Made by a program: the position numbers and the translations under genes. From Candidatus Magasanikiibacteriota bacterium (GTDB lineage: Bacteria > Patescibacteriota > Patescibacteriia > Magasanikbacterales > 2-02-FULL-50-9b), in the NCBI GenBank assembly GCA_903893485.1, contig CAITMK010000008.1, positions 10,612 through 74,611 of the forward strand: DNA of 64,000 bases. Reading direction: 5' to 3'. Of the stretch, positions 8,738 to 18,434 are shown piece after piece. The notes below the pieces were generated by a model, which was given only the letters and a program-made list of their open reading frames with translations, made no database searches and was not told where the DNA came from. Positions within the stretch are counted from its first letter, which is position 1. Every line of letters starts with the position of its first letter.

Positions 8738-10081
8738 TTACATGATCACGCGCTTGCGACGACCAGGAAAACTTGAGTTGCGACGTGGGCCATTTGAAGG
8801 GCCACCAGCTGAAGCTGGACCACCACCTCCGCCACCAAATTGGCGACGTGGCATAGCAGGGCGACCACCTGGGCGCTGCTGTGGAGGGCGATTTGAATTA
8901 CCAAATGCGCCATGTGGACGATTGCTACCGCCACCAAATCCACCAGTCACCGAAATATCTGGCACATGAGTAATTGGCAATGGCATGCGAATCAAGTTTT
9001 CGATTGCGCGCACATCAGAACGCTGATCTGGTGTTGCAAAAGAAACGGCACGACCCGTGTGACCCGCGCGGCCAGTACGGCCAATGCGATGCACGTAATC
9101 ATCAGATGAATCTGGTAAATCAAAGTTAATAACCATTTCAATTCCCTTTACATCAATACCACGCGCTGCAATATCGGTTGCAACCAAAACGCGATATTTA
9201 CCACGCTTAAAACCTTCGAGCGCTTCACGGCGCTGACCAAGTGAACGATCAGAGTGAATTTCCGCAGCAGAAATATTTTCGTTGCGAAGAGCCATGGCCA
9301 TTTTACGTGCACCATGTTTGGTACGTGAAAAAACTAACACCGCGCCAGTGGTATCAAGCAAAACTTTTCCAAGCAATTTCATTTTGTCATCTTTGTGCAC
9401 AAAAATAATTTCCTGAGAAACGCGATCTGCGGTTGTACCTGGCTGAACTACTTCAACGCGCACCGGAAGCTGCATGTAATTTGCCGCAAGCTTCATGATG
9501 TCTGGTGGCATGGTTGCCGAGAAAAGCATGGTTTGGCGTTCAGCAGCTGGTGGCATTGCCGCAAAAATTTTCTGAATTGCTGGCATGAAACCCATGTCAA
9601 ACATACGATCAGCTTCATCCAAAACAGCGATTGTTACTGTTTTTAAGCTGATGTTGCGCTGTTGCATGTGGTCCAAAAGACGACCCGGAGTTGCCACAAT
9701 TAAACGTGGGCTCTGGCGAAGACGCTGGGTCTGCATGTGCATTGAAGTGCCGCCCATAAGGACAACGCTGCGAATGCCACAACCGCGACCGATGCGTTCT
9801 GCAGTTTCTTCAACCTGGAGCGCAAGTTCACGAGTTGGTACCACCACAAGGGCAATACCGCGGTTTTGCTGCAAACGCTGCATAATTGGTACTACAAAAG
9901 CAAGGGTTTTACCCGTACCGGTTTGTGCAATACCGACCACGTCCTTACCAGTAATACCTGGTGGAATAGCCTGAAGCTGAATTGGCGTTGGGACAGTGAA
10001 CTGTGCCCGATTTAATGTATCTAAAATTGCTGGCGCGATGCCAAGACCGTCAAAAGACGGTTTTACTTCGTTAGGTGTCAT
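8738..10081 (-). CDS. DEAD-box RNA helicase (RhlE-like) with G/R-rich tail
   Basis: PTPIQ, AQTGTGKT, PTRELA, TPGRL, DEAD, SAT, ARGID, HRIGRTGR; start taken at ATG 10081. Confidence 0.95.
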   Translation of the reverse strand: MTPNEVKPSFDGLGIAPAILDTLNRAQFTVPTPIQLQAIPPGITGKDVVGIAQTGTGKTLAFVVPIMQRLQQNRGIALVVVPTRELALQVEETAERIGRGCGIRSVVLMGGTSMHMQTQRLRQSPRLIVATPGRLLDHMQQRNISLKTVTIAVLDEADRMFDMGFMPAIQKIFAAMPPAAERQTMLFSATMPPDIMKLAANYMQLPVRVEVVQPGTTADRVSQEIIFVHKDDKMKLLGKVLLDTTGAVLVFSRTKHGARKMAMALRNENISAAEIHSDRSLGQRREALEGFKRGKYRVLVATDIAARGIDVKGIEMVINFDLPDSSDDYVHRIGRTGRAGHTGRAVSFATPDQRSDVRAIENLIRMPLPITHVPDISVTGGFGGGSNRPHGAFGNSNRPPQQRPGGRPAMPRRQFGGGGGGPASAGGPSNGPRRNSSFPGRRKRVIM

Positions 10082-10236
10082 AGGTTTGTTAGTGACTCGC
10101 CTTTCACTCACGTCACTAAACCATGACAAAAAAGAGAACCGAGTCTGTGCGTGCTACGTGCCACGCATTTGTAAGATCAAAGGATACCACGGAAGGTGAA
10201 ATATGTCAATAGCTGTGGTATCATCTAGCCATCCCT

Positions 10237-11616
10237 ATGAAACCTGTCATTATTACTACAAAAGTTTTGATCGGCGTTGCCATTTTACTATGTGCGGCAC
10301 TGTTTCTAGTTAAAATTCCCCGACACCATTCTTTGATAAAACCACCTGTAAAATCGCCTGAAATCAACGTGATTTCAGCAACTTCAACTCCAGAAATCGC
10401 CATAAATGAATACTGGAATTACGCACAATTTCCCAATCGCCACATGTACATCAATAACACTGACAAAGATGTTGTATATGTATTGGATGACGCCGGGAAA
10501 AAAGTTGGCGAATTTTGGGCGAAAGATTTTGGATTTCCGGGATATTTTGAGGTTCGGCAATACAAAGATGCAGCCGGACCAATAGTAGTTCTCTCTTCGG
10601 CAACCGAAACACATGATGGCCTCATGCTTGCAATTGACCCAATTACACCAGCGGTTTTGTGGCACAAAAAAGTTTCTGGCAGTTTTGATATGCCGCAAGT
10701 TCGCGTGCTAAAAGACGGATCGATACTTTTAGAAAATTATGGCAAAGATCCGGGTGTCAACATTGCAAACATAAACATTCGCACCGGTATTTCAAAGTGG
10801 GAAATTTCTGATCCAAATTATTTTGGAATTTATTTTAATGATTACGAAATGCCACCAAATCAAATGCACGTGTTCTCGGGCGGCGTTGGTCAGGGTAACT
10901 GGCAATTTACCTATGTACTTGATACTGAGATTGGAAAAATTATTTCAGAATTTGCCTCGCTCTCAAGCCTATCTGACGGACATGCCAATGCTGATCCTAC
11001 AAAAGATTTGGTATGGCACCCAACAGAAAAGCGAATCGATTTTGTGGAGCGAAAAACTAATTCTGTTTATTGGTCAGCTACGAAAGGTAATGCTCTGTAC
11101 GATCTCTTATCAACAAACGGACCCGGGAACACACAAATATCCATCTTTCCAAATATAATCACCGCGATTCATCATGAGAATAATAAAACAACGCTGAACG
11201 TATTTTCTAATACATCAGTCAAATGGCTTTGGGCAAGAAATTTTGGGAGTGGCGGAAATGATTTAAGTTATATAGATTCTTACAAAAATTTTATTATTAC
11301 AACTGAGCAAAAACCCTCAAAATGCGCGAGCATCTGTGAGCAAAATATATGCCAAGGATTTATTTGTCTCGATGTTCCACCAAGCAATTCGTGTCTTGCG
11401 TGCCGAGCCGATGAAAAAAAAGAATTTGATCACTCAGATTATGGATATGTTGCCTATCGTCAAGACACGGGAGAAATTGTATGGAGTTACTTCACCATGC
11501 TGGACGCGGTAGACTTTGATTGGACAAATGGCATTGTGCGAATAAGCAAACAAGGTGTTGGCAATGAAGCAATGGCAAAAACACTCGACCTCAATACAGG
11601 AGCGCTCATCAAATAA
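10237..11616 (+). CDS. Membrane-anchored beta-propeller-like (PQQ-type repeats) protein
   Basis: N-terminal TM; repeated ...TG.I.W motifs; Cys-rich insert CASICEQNICQGFIC. Confidence 0.6.
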   Translation: MKPVIITTKVLIGVAILLCAALFLVKIPRHHSLIKPPVKSPEINVISATSTPEIAINEYWNYAQFPNRHMYINNTDKDVVYVLDDAGKKVGEFWAKDFGFPGYFEVRQYKDAAGPIVVLSSATETHDGLMLAIDPITPAVLWHKKVSGSFDMPQVRVLKDGSILLENYGKDPGVNIANINIRTGISKWEISDPNYFGIYFNDYEMPPNQMHVFSGGVGQGNWQFTYVLDTEIGKIISEFASLSSLSDGHANADPTKDLVWHPTEKRIDFVERKTNSVYWSATKGNALYDLLSTNGPGNTQISIFPNIITAIHHENNKTTLNVFSNTSVKWLWARNFGSGGNDLSYIDSYKNFIITTEQKPSKCASICEQNICQGFICLDVPPSNSCLACRADEKKEFDHSDYGYVAYRQDTGEIVWSYFTMLDAVDFDWTNGIVRISKQGVGNEAMAKTLDLNTGALIK

Positions 11617-11633
11617 TCTGCTATAATGAACGC

Positions 11634-12266
11634 ATGAAAAAATTGGCAGCTGCTGTTTTTATTTTTATATTATTTGCTGGGGCAGCGCCAGCTGCTGCGG
11701 CGACTAAAATTTTACCCGTACCATTTACCACGCAAGCTCCACAAAATCAGTGGCGCGTGCAGCCTTTTCAAGACGCCTGCGAAGAAGCAAGTACCATAAT
11801 GGTTGAAGCATTTTATAACGGCACAAAATTAACGCCAGCAAATGTACAGACTAAAATTTTAGATTACGTTGCCTATGAAACCAAAAATTTTGGTTTCCAC
11901 AAAGATACAAACGCGAGCATGACCGAAAAAATGATCAACGAAAAATCTGGATTTTGGGCACATACCGTTGAAAATGCAACTCCCGAAATGATTGAAACGC
12001 AAATTGATGCAAACCATCCCGTAATTTTTCATGCATACACACCAGCGCTGCACAATCCACATTACAAACAGCCCATGAATCCTTATCATGTGTTTGTAAT
12101 TATTGGCTACGATACTGACCGCGGCGATTTCATAACAAACGATCCTGGCACCAACGCCGGAAAAAGTTATCGATACAAAATGACCACGCTCATGGATGCC
12201 AACCACGATTGGATGCAAAAAAATAATGGCACGGGCACGCACAAAGTTTTGTTTACCGAAGAATAA
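11634..12266 (+). CDS. Secreted C39-like cysteine peptidase
   Basis: Signal peptide; VPFTTQAP, DACEEAS (Cys), HVFVIIGYD (His), NDPG (Asp). Confidence 0.85.
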   Translation: MKKLAAAVFIFILFAGAAPAAAATKILPVPFTTQAPQNQWRVQPFQDACEEASTIMVEAFYNGTKLTPANVQTKILDYVAYETKNFGFHKDTNASMTEKMINEKSGFWAHTVENATPEMIETQIDANHPVIFHAYTPALHNPHYKQPMNPYHVFVIIGYDTDRGDFITNDPGTNAGKSYRYKMTTLMDANHDWMQKNNGTGTHKVLFTEE

Positions 12267-12342
12267 AAAAATACCCCTTCTGACTGTCTGTCAAAATTGC
12301 CATTAAAGGCAGGGGGTACTGATAGCCGACCCGATTCGTCAG

Positions 12343-12486
12343 CTAGCGCGACGTAGTAGCTTCTACCGGCACGTGAACGGCCTGAGGCTTCCACGGCTTG
12401 CAGTAGAGAAACGATGCCAGCACAAACACCGCAAGGATAAGGTTGCCGACAGGAACTCGATTTGTAACACCACCATGAGCTCGCAT
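12343..12486 (-). CDS. 47-aa single-TM small protein
   Basis: GGAGG SD, ATG 12486, promoter TTGACA(12599-12594)-17-TAGCCT(12576-12571), downstream hairpin 12262-12318. Confidence 0.6.
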   Translation of the reverse strand: MRAHGGVTNRVPVGNLILAVFVLASFLYCKPWKPQAVHVPVEATTSR

Positions 12487-12601
12487 GAGATCCTCCAGAG
12501 AAACGACGTTTGGGATTAAGTTCTTGTCGCAGCATAGCAACAAAAAACCTTTCCTCTTGATACTAAGGAAAGGCTATCACTTTTTCGTGATTTTGTCAAC
12601 C

Positions 12602-14356
12602 CTAGCTCGTCTTCTTCCCGCTCATCAGCATCTCCACCGCATGCTCCATGGAACCTGCCAATGTAATCGTACCGCCGTTCACAAAAAATATTTCGTCTGC
12701 ATTCGCAATCGTGTTTAAACGATGCGCAATTACCACACGCGTTGTTGCCACTGGCAATGCCTGCAAAACTTCTTGCAATAAACTTTCAGTCACCGTATCA
12801 ATGTTCGCAGTTGCTTCATCTAAAATTAAAATGTCCGGGGCACGCAACACCGCACGCATAAATGCAATGAGCTGCTTTTGACCCAAACTCATGCTGTCGC
12901 CAATACCAGAAACTTTAGTTTCCAAACCTTCATCAAATCGTTCGAGTAAATGATCAAGACTTAATTTTTTTAATTCAGCCGCAATACTTTCTTCTGATGC
13001 GCCAACAAAATTCTCGTTACCGTATAAAATATTTTGTTGCACCGTGCCGGTAAACAAAAACGGTTCTTGTAAAATAAAACCAATTTTTTGCGCGCGTTCT
13101 TCTGGCGTGTAGCTGCGAATATCGCGGCCATGCAAATACACCACGCCTTCGATCGGATCAAACAAACGCGCCATGAGCGAAGCGGTTGTTGTTTTACCGC
13201 CGCCCGTTGGCCCCACCAGCGCATAGGTTTTTCCCCGCTGTAAATCAAAATTAACATCTTGCAAAACCGCTGCACCGGTTGGATATGCAAAATGCACATG
13301 ATCAAATTTCAAAACCGATGTTCCATTTACAGCAACATCCGCCACCATAACTGGTAAATCATTTTCCATTTCCAAAATCGCGCCAATACGATCCCAGCCA
13401 GCAAGCGCAACCTGAAAGTTACTCCACAATGCCGCAATTTGACGCAGCGGATTATAGAAACTTACGGCATACGCAAAAAAACTAACAAGCAAACCAACTG
13501 TAAATGCACCGGTACTAATTAAATAAATACCATACACCAAAATTACCAGCTGCGCGAGATTAGAACACAGACCAAATACCGGCGTAAAAATATTATTCGC
13601 GACACCGGCACCAATTGCTGTTTTATAATTTTCTTCGTTCACCGTTTCAAACCGCGTTTTAAAATAATCACGGCGATTAAACGCCAGGATCACTTTAAAA
13701 TTACCAATACTTTCCTGGACTTCGGCGCTCATGAGCCCCAGCGTGGTTAAATTTTCAGAATTTTTTTGTTTCACCCATGGCGAAATTGCACGCGTAAAAA
13801 TAATAAGCACCGCCGCAGGCACCAATGTGGCCACACCAAGCAACGGATTAAGCCATACCAAAAATATACCCGCGCCAATCATGATAAATACACTCCCAAT
13901 AAATTGCATCAGCGTTTGCGCAAAAAATTGATTCAGCGTGTCAGTATCATTATTAATACGCGAAATTAAATCGCCCGCTTTATTTTGATTAAAAAACGCA
14001 ACCGGCAATTCCTGCAATTTTGCAAAAATCGCATTGCGCAAATTAAATAACGTTTCACGACCAACCGTACCCATGAGCCGTGTTTGTAAAAATCCCGCAA
14101 GATATGCACCCAAATAAATCACAAGCAAAATCCCCGACGACACAAACACCGCATGATAATTTTTTCCAACTACCGCACTATCGATGGCGCGCCCCAAAAG
14201 CAGCGGCGCAATCAAGTTCAATGATGAGTTAATAATAATCGCAATGGCACCAAGTCCAAGATTATGTTTTTCTGGCTGCACGAACGGCCAAATTTTTTTG
14301 ACCGCGCCCCACATGCTTAGTTTTGTTTTTGCGGATTCGTTAAGCGCGTAATTCAT
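12602..14356 (-). CDS. Heterodimeric ABC exporter subunit (TMD+NBD)
   Basis: GPTGGGKTT, MSLGQKQ, ILDEAT, IAHRL. Confidence 0.93.
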   Translation of the reverse strand: MNYALNESAKTKLSMWGAVKKIWPFVQPEKHNLGLGAIAIIINSSLNLIAPLLLGRAIDSAVVGKNYHAVFVSSGILLVIYLGAYLAGFLQTRLMGTVGRETLFNLRNAIFAKLQELPVAFFNQNKAGDLISRINNDTDTLNQFFAQTLMQFIGSVFIMIGAGIFLVWLNPLLGVATLVPAAVLIIFTRAISPWVKQKNSENLTTLGLMSAEVQESIGNFKVILAFNRRDYFKTRFETVNEENYKTAIGAGVANNIFTPVFGLCSNLAQLVILVYGIYLISTGAFTVGLLVSFFAYAVSFYNPLRQIAALWSNFQVALAGWDRIGAILEMENDLPVMVADVAVNGTSVLKFDHVHFAYPTGAAVLQDVNFDLQRGKTYALVGPTGGGKTTTASLMARLFDPIEGVVYLHGRDIRSYTPEERAQKIGFILQEPFLFTGTVQQNILYGNENFVGASEESIAAELKKLSLDHLLERFDEGLETKVSGIGDSMSLGQKQLIAFMRAVLRAPDILILDEATANIDTVTESLLQEVLQALPVATTRVVIAHRLNTIANADEIFFVNGGTITLAGSMEHAVEMLMSGKKTS

Positions 14357-16088
14357 ATTGATTGGTACTTTGCTGTGAATTAAAAATTTGTACGTATTCC
14401 GGAGATGTCTTCAATAACTCTGCGTGCGTGCCAATTGCCAAAACTTCGCCTTCCATTAATACAATAATCTGATCGAAATCTTCTACCGGGCCAATTTTTT
14501 GCGTTACCGAAATCAACGTAAGACCGCGATATTCATCGGCCAAGTGCGCCAAAATTTTACGCTCAGTGGAACTATCAACGCGCGCCGTAAAATCATCCAA
14601 AATTAAAATTTTTGGATCAAGTGCAAGTGCGCGCGCCAACATAATACGTTGTTTTTGCCCACCGGATAAACTAGTACCGCGTTCAGAGACCACAGTCTCT
14701 AATCCATTCGGCAACGCATGTACAAAATCAACTAACTCAGCCGCATCAATTGCACGCTCCAAATTTTTTGGCGTTACCACTTCGCTAAATGCAATATTTT
14801 CGCGCACACTCATATTAAAAAGTGCGCTGTCTTGGAACACCGACGCAATACTTTCATGTAATGTATCCGCACTGTACGCCGCAAGCGGCTGACCATCATA
14901 TAAAATAGTACCACTATCAGGAATAATTAATCCGGTAAGCAAATACAGCAATTGCGTTTTGCCTGCAGCAGTTGGCCCAATAATCGCAGTGCGCGTACCA
15001 GCTTTAATACTAAAACTTGCATCTTTTAAAACCGACTTTTCGCCATATGCCAGATTCACATTTTTAACTTCGATAGCACCCGACAACGGCCCCGCTGCAA
15101 AACCACTTGCGGGCGATTCCGGTGCATCGATCACTTCCATAATACGTTCATATGATGCACTTGCCTGCGCAATTACATTACTCATAAATCCAAGAACCAA
15201 AATTGGAAAAATAAGCATCGCAATGTAACTATTAAACGCCGCGATCTGCCCAATGGTCATGCTTCCCTGAATGACAAAGTGTCCACCAAGTGCCAAAATA
15301 GTAAGCGTTCCCAAGCTCGAGATAAACGTAATCGTCGGAATCATCATCGCAAACAATTTAAGCACCTGCATGCCAATTCTTTTTGATTCAGTATTTGCTG
15401 CCGAAAACTTTTTTGCTTCTAAATGTTGCGAATGAATCACGCGAATGAGCGCGGCGCCCAAAATACTTTCGTTAATAACTTTGTTAAGCCAATCAAGCGC
15501 CTCACGCCCTTGAATAAATAATTTGCGCACACGACTAAATACTACAAAAAACGTACCTCCAATAAGTGGAATGATAATCAACACCACGCACGCAAGCCGC
15601 CAATTGGTAATAAGCAACAAAATACTTGCGCCAACAATTAATACAAGTGATGACACAATCGAAACCACGGCTTGTGAAATATATAATTTAATTGAATCAA
15701 CGTCAGCAGTAATATTGGTCAGCAATTTTGCCGAACTTGCACGCTGAATAAATAAATAACTTTGACGAGAAATTTTTGCGGTTACTTGATTGCGCAAATC
15801 ACGCGCTGCTCGTTCTGAAACATACACCTGCGCAATACTTTGCAGCGTCGCAAAAATAAAAACCGCCACCGAAACACTGACAAAAATAATAACTGTGTTG
15901 TACATTTGAAACGTACCCGCCCCATACGCATCAATTGCACGCGCAATTAATTTTGGCAGTGCCAAGTTAATCGCATTTGCAAAAAATGCCAACACAACTA
16001 ACAAAATAATCTGTTTTTTGTAGGGCTTCAGCAACGCGCCCAAATTTGGTTTCGATTTTGGTTTATTCATACAATCTTTTGTCTTCAT
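14340..16088 (-). CDS. Heterodimeric ABC exporter subunit with degenerate ATPase site
   Basis: GPTAAGKT, LSGGQKQR, Walker B ILDD (E>D), switch VTQK (H>Q); start may be 16070. Confidence 0.93.
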   Translation of the reverse strand: MKTKDCMNKPKSKPNLGALLKPYKKQIILLVVLAFFANAINLALPKLIARAIDAYGAGTFQMYNTVIIFVSVSVAVFIFATLQSIAQVYVSERAARDLRNQVTAKISRQSYLFIQRASSAKLLTNITADVDSIKLYISQAVVSIVSSLVLIVGASILLLITNWRLACVVLIIIPLIGGTFFVVFSRVRKLFIQGREALDWLNKVINESILGAALIRVIHSQHLEAKKFSAANTESKRIGMQVLKLFAMMIPTITFISSLGTLTILALGGHFVIQGSMTIGQIAAFNSYIAMLIFPILVLGFMSNVIAQASASYERIMEVIDAPESPASGFAAGPLSGAIEVKNVNLAYGEKSVLKDASFSIKAGTRTAIIGPTAAGKTQLLYLLTGLIIPDSGTILYDGQPLAAYSADTLHESIASVFQDSALFNMSVRENIAFSEVVTPKNLERAIDAAELVDFVHALPNGLETVVSERGTSLSGGQKQRIMLARALALDPKILILDDFTARVDSSTERKILAHLADEYRGLTLISVTQKIGPVEDFDQIIVLMEGEVLAIGTHAELLKTSPEYVQIFNSQQSTNQYELRA

Positions 16089-16166
16089 ACGATAGGTTAA
16101 AATAGGCTTTTTGTCAATAAAAAAGCGGTACTCATTTCTGGTTCCAGAAACTTTCCCGCTTGCACG

Positions 16167-16895
16167 TTACCTCCGATATTGTTGCTCCAAAAACGCCGCA
16201 AGATCCGCCGACAAGCGCGTACCAATCACCGCTGCATCACGCACCCGAAACCGCCGTGCGATTTCAACTTGAATCGCGTTCACGCCAAGTTCACGCGCCA
16301 CGGTGCGCACCGTAAAATTCCCATTCAACCAATCATCTTGTGCTGTTTGCGCCTGTGTTTTGGGCAAAAACACAGAGTAGCCACGCTGCCGAAAAAATTC
16401 TGCAAACGCTTCATCCGGCGCGCCGTGCAAAATCGTTTCACGATTCCCCGTGCCCAGAATCAAATCATATCCATCCCGCGGCGCATACGGCGGCTGATTC
16501 GAAAACCCGTGCACATCAAGCAAAAGCAGTTCCTCCTGCGCCGAGTGACGGAGCATTTGCTGCAAATGCACATAGATTGCACCATGATATTTTTGATACA
16601 ACGCCTCAAACTGGGGCAGCTCAAACGCATCTTCCGGCGCGCGATTGTAATCCAGAAACCTGCGCGACATGAGCCCACGCACCACATTCACCGGATACGT
16701 ACCAATCGCATCGCGCACAATCGGCCACACCGCTCTATCGTGCAAAACAGTTCCGTTAATGCGACGCGGCACAAACGGCTCAAGCTCCAAACCGTGCACA
16801 CCATCGTGCGGCACCGTGATGAGCACCCGCGACGGCGACCGCGCCGCCAGCGTTTGCACATAATTATCAACGCCCACTGCAAAATCCTTACACAT
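16167..16895 (-). CDS. N-formylglutamate amidohydrolase-like protein
   Basis: ITVPHDG, SRRFLDYNR, LLLDVHGF, DLILGT, NAIQVEI; GGAGG SD before ATG 16895. Confidence 0.8.
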   Translation of the reverse strand: MCKDFAVGVDNYVQTLAARSPSRVLITVPHDGVHGLELEPFVPRRINGTVLHDRAVWPIVRDAIGTYPVNVVRGLMSRRFLDYNRAPEDAFELPQFEALYQKYHGAIYVHLQQMLRHSAQEELLLLDVHGFSNQPPYAPRDGYDLILGTGNRETILHGAPDEAFAEFFRQRGYSVFLPKTQAQTAQDDWLNGNFTVRTVARELGVNAIQVEIARRFRVRDAAVIGTRLSADLAAFLEQQYRR

Positions 16896-16920
16896 GCTAA
16901 CCTCCGAAAAGTTGAGAAAC

Positions 16921-17062
16921 AAAAAACGCCCCGCAGGGCGCTGAATATCAAAAGCCCTGCGCGTTATTTCGCGCCGGCGTGTGCAAATCCTGACCAAGTT
17001 TTAAAAGTTGCGGTCATTAACATAATTAATGACAGAATAATCTTAAATTGTTCAGCTGTCAA
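16921..17062 (-). promoter_or_regulatory. Promoter + 19-aa leader peptide + intrinsic terminator (putative attenuator)
   Basis: TTGACA(17062-17057)-17-TATTCT; uORF 17023-16964 MLMTATFKTWSGFAHAGAK; GCAGGGC/GCCCTGC hairpin + T6. Confidence 0.6.
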
Positions 17063-17155
17063 ATCATGTTCTATTTGGATATAAATTTAATGCTAAATTA
17101 AATTTTAATTAATTAAATAAAAACGCGCCCCCGACCGTTACAATCGAGGACGACT

Positions 17156-17686
17156 TTACACTGCGCGCGGCCACTCGCCAAATTGCACCCACACCTTTTC
17201 GGCATCCAGCGGTGGTGGGTAATAAAAGCGGCTGCTCAAAGAAATTGTACGCGCAAAACCTTCGTTCACCAGAACCGGCAGCGTGATGTCATCACCAAAC
17301 CGCGGCTCTCGGCTGATGTGACCGATAAGTCGCACGCCGCGCATGGTCTGCACCACAGACTCCAGAAGTGCGGCTTGGATCCCACGACCTGCATACCCAG
17401 ACGCGATCGGCGACCAAACGAGGTGATGTATCGCGGATTGATCTTCGATACGAAAGTACCCGCGCACTATGCCAAATTCAAAAGCATCCATGTTGCGCTC
17501 AAGCAGCGAAAACTTCAAAACAGCGCAGGCTGCGACAAGCACACCGCCCGCATCATGGACCGCATACACTTGCGCATGCGAATTCTGAAAATCGTTGTGA
17601 GGAAAGCCGATGCACAGCTCCGCACACGCATTCCTACCAGCCCACGCACCAACGCGTGAAATCGTAAAACCTTGTGGCATCGCCAT
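17156..17686 (-). CDS. Hypothetical protein, GNAT-like
   Basis: ASGYAGRGIQAALLE resembles GNAT motif A; GGAGG SD; own promoter TTGACA 17756-17751 and hairpin 17115-17155. Confidence 0.6.
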   Translation of the reverse strand: MAMPQGFTISRVGAWAGRNACAELCIGFPHNDFQNSHAQVYAVHDAGGVLVAACAVLKFSLLERNMDAFEFGIVRGYFRIEDQSAIHHLVWSPIASGYAGRGIQAALLESVVQTMRGVRLIGHISREPRFGDDITLPVLVNEGFARTISLSSRFYYPPPLDAEKVWVQFGEWPRAV

Positions 17687-17785
17687 GTCATCCTCCGTTG
17701 TATCGAACCAATTGGTACGATGCCCTCATAATGCCGTGTTATAAGGGCTCTGTCAACCTATCCACAATTTATAAACACCCAAGGC

Positions 17786-17833
17786 TTGACGATAGAACAA
17801 ACGTTCTCTATAGTAGCTATAGAACATTCGTTC
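17786..17833 (+). promoter_or_regulatory. Promoter with two GAAC-N4-GTTC SOS boxes
   Basis: TTGACG 17786-91, TATAGT 17809-14; GAACAAACGTTC 17795-17806; GAACATTCGTTC 17822-17833. Confidence 0.85.
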
Positions 17834-17851
17834 TCTTTTCAAACCCGACCT

Positions 17852-18433
17852 ATGTCAGAAACTTTATTCGATGACCGCAAAAAGTCCCTTATTCAATATT
17901 ACCGCAAACATCATCGTCTCCCCACATACGATGAATTGGTAAACTTATTCGGTGTAGAATCAAAGGGATCTGTACATAAATACGTAGAAAAATTTGTCGA
18001 AGAGGGTTTAGTCGGCAAATCAGAAGGTGGCAAGCTCATCCCAACTACTAAGCTTTACGGTATACGTGTGCTCGGTACGGTTCAAGCGGGTTTCCCTTCT
18101 GCAGCTGAAGAAGAATTAGTTGATACACTAAGTTTAGATCAATTTTTAATTCACCGCCCCGACGCCAGCTATATGCTTACCGTATCTGGTGAATCCATGA
18201 TCGACGCCGGCATCATGCCAGGTGACATGGTAATTGTTGAACGTGGCCGCACGGTGCGCCCTGGTGATATTGTAGTTGCCGAAGTCGACCACGAATGGAC
18301 CATGAAATATTATTTGCGTCGTGGCGACGAAGTTATTTTGCGGCCCGCAAATAAAAAATTTACTGACATTCGCCCACGCGCAGAATTAAATATTGCAGGT
18401 GTTGTCACCAGCGTCATCCGCAAATACAAATAA
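17852..18433 (+). CDS. lexA: LexA/UmuD-family S24 autopeptidase with N-terminal HTH
   Basis: LPTYDELVNLFGVESKGSVHKYV HTH; VQAGFPS cleavage site; VSGESM Ser; WTMK Lys. Confidence 0.85.
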   Translation: MSETLFDDRKKSLIQYYRKHHRLPTYDELVNLFGVESKGSVHKYVEKFVEEGLVGKSEGGKLIPTTKLYGIRVLGTVQAGFPSAAEEELVDTLSLDQFLIHRPDASYMLTVSGESMIDAGIMPGDMVIVERGRTVRPGDIVVAEVDHEWTMKYYLRRGDEVILRPANKKFTDIRPRAELNIAGVVTSVIRKYK

Positions 18434-18434
18434 T

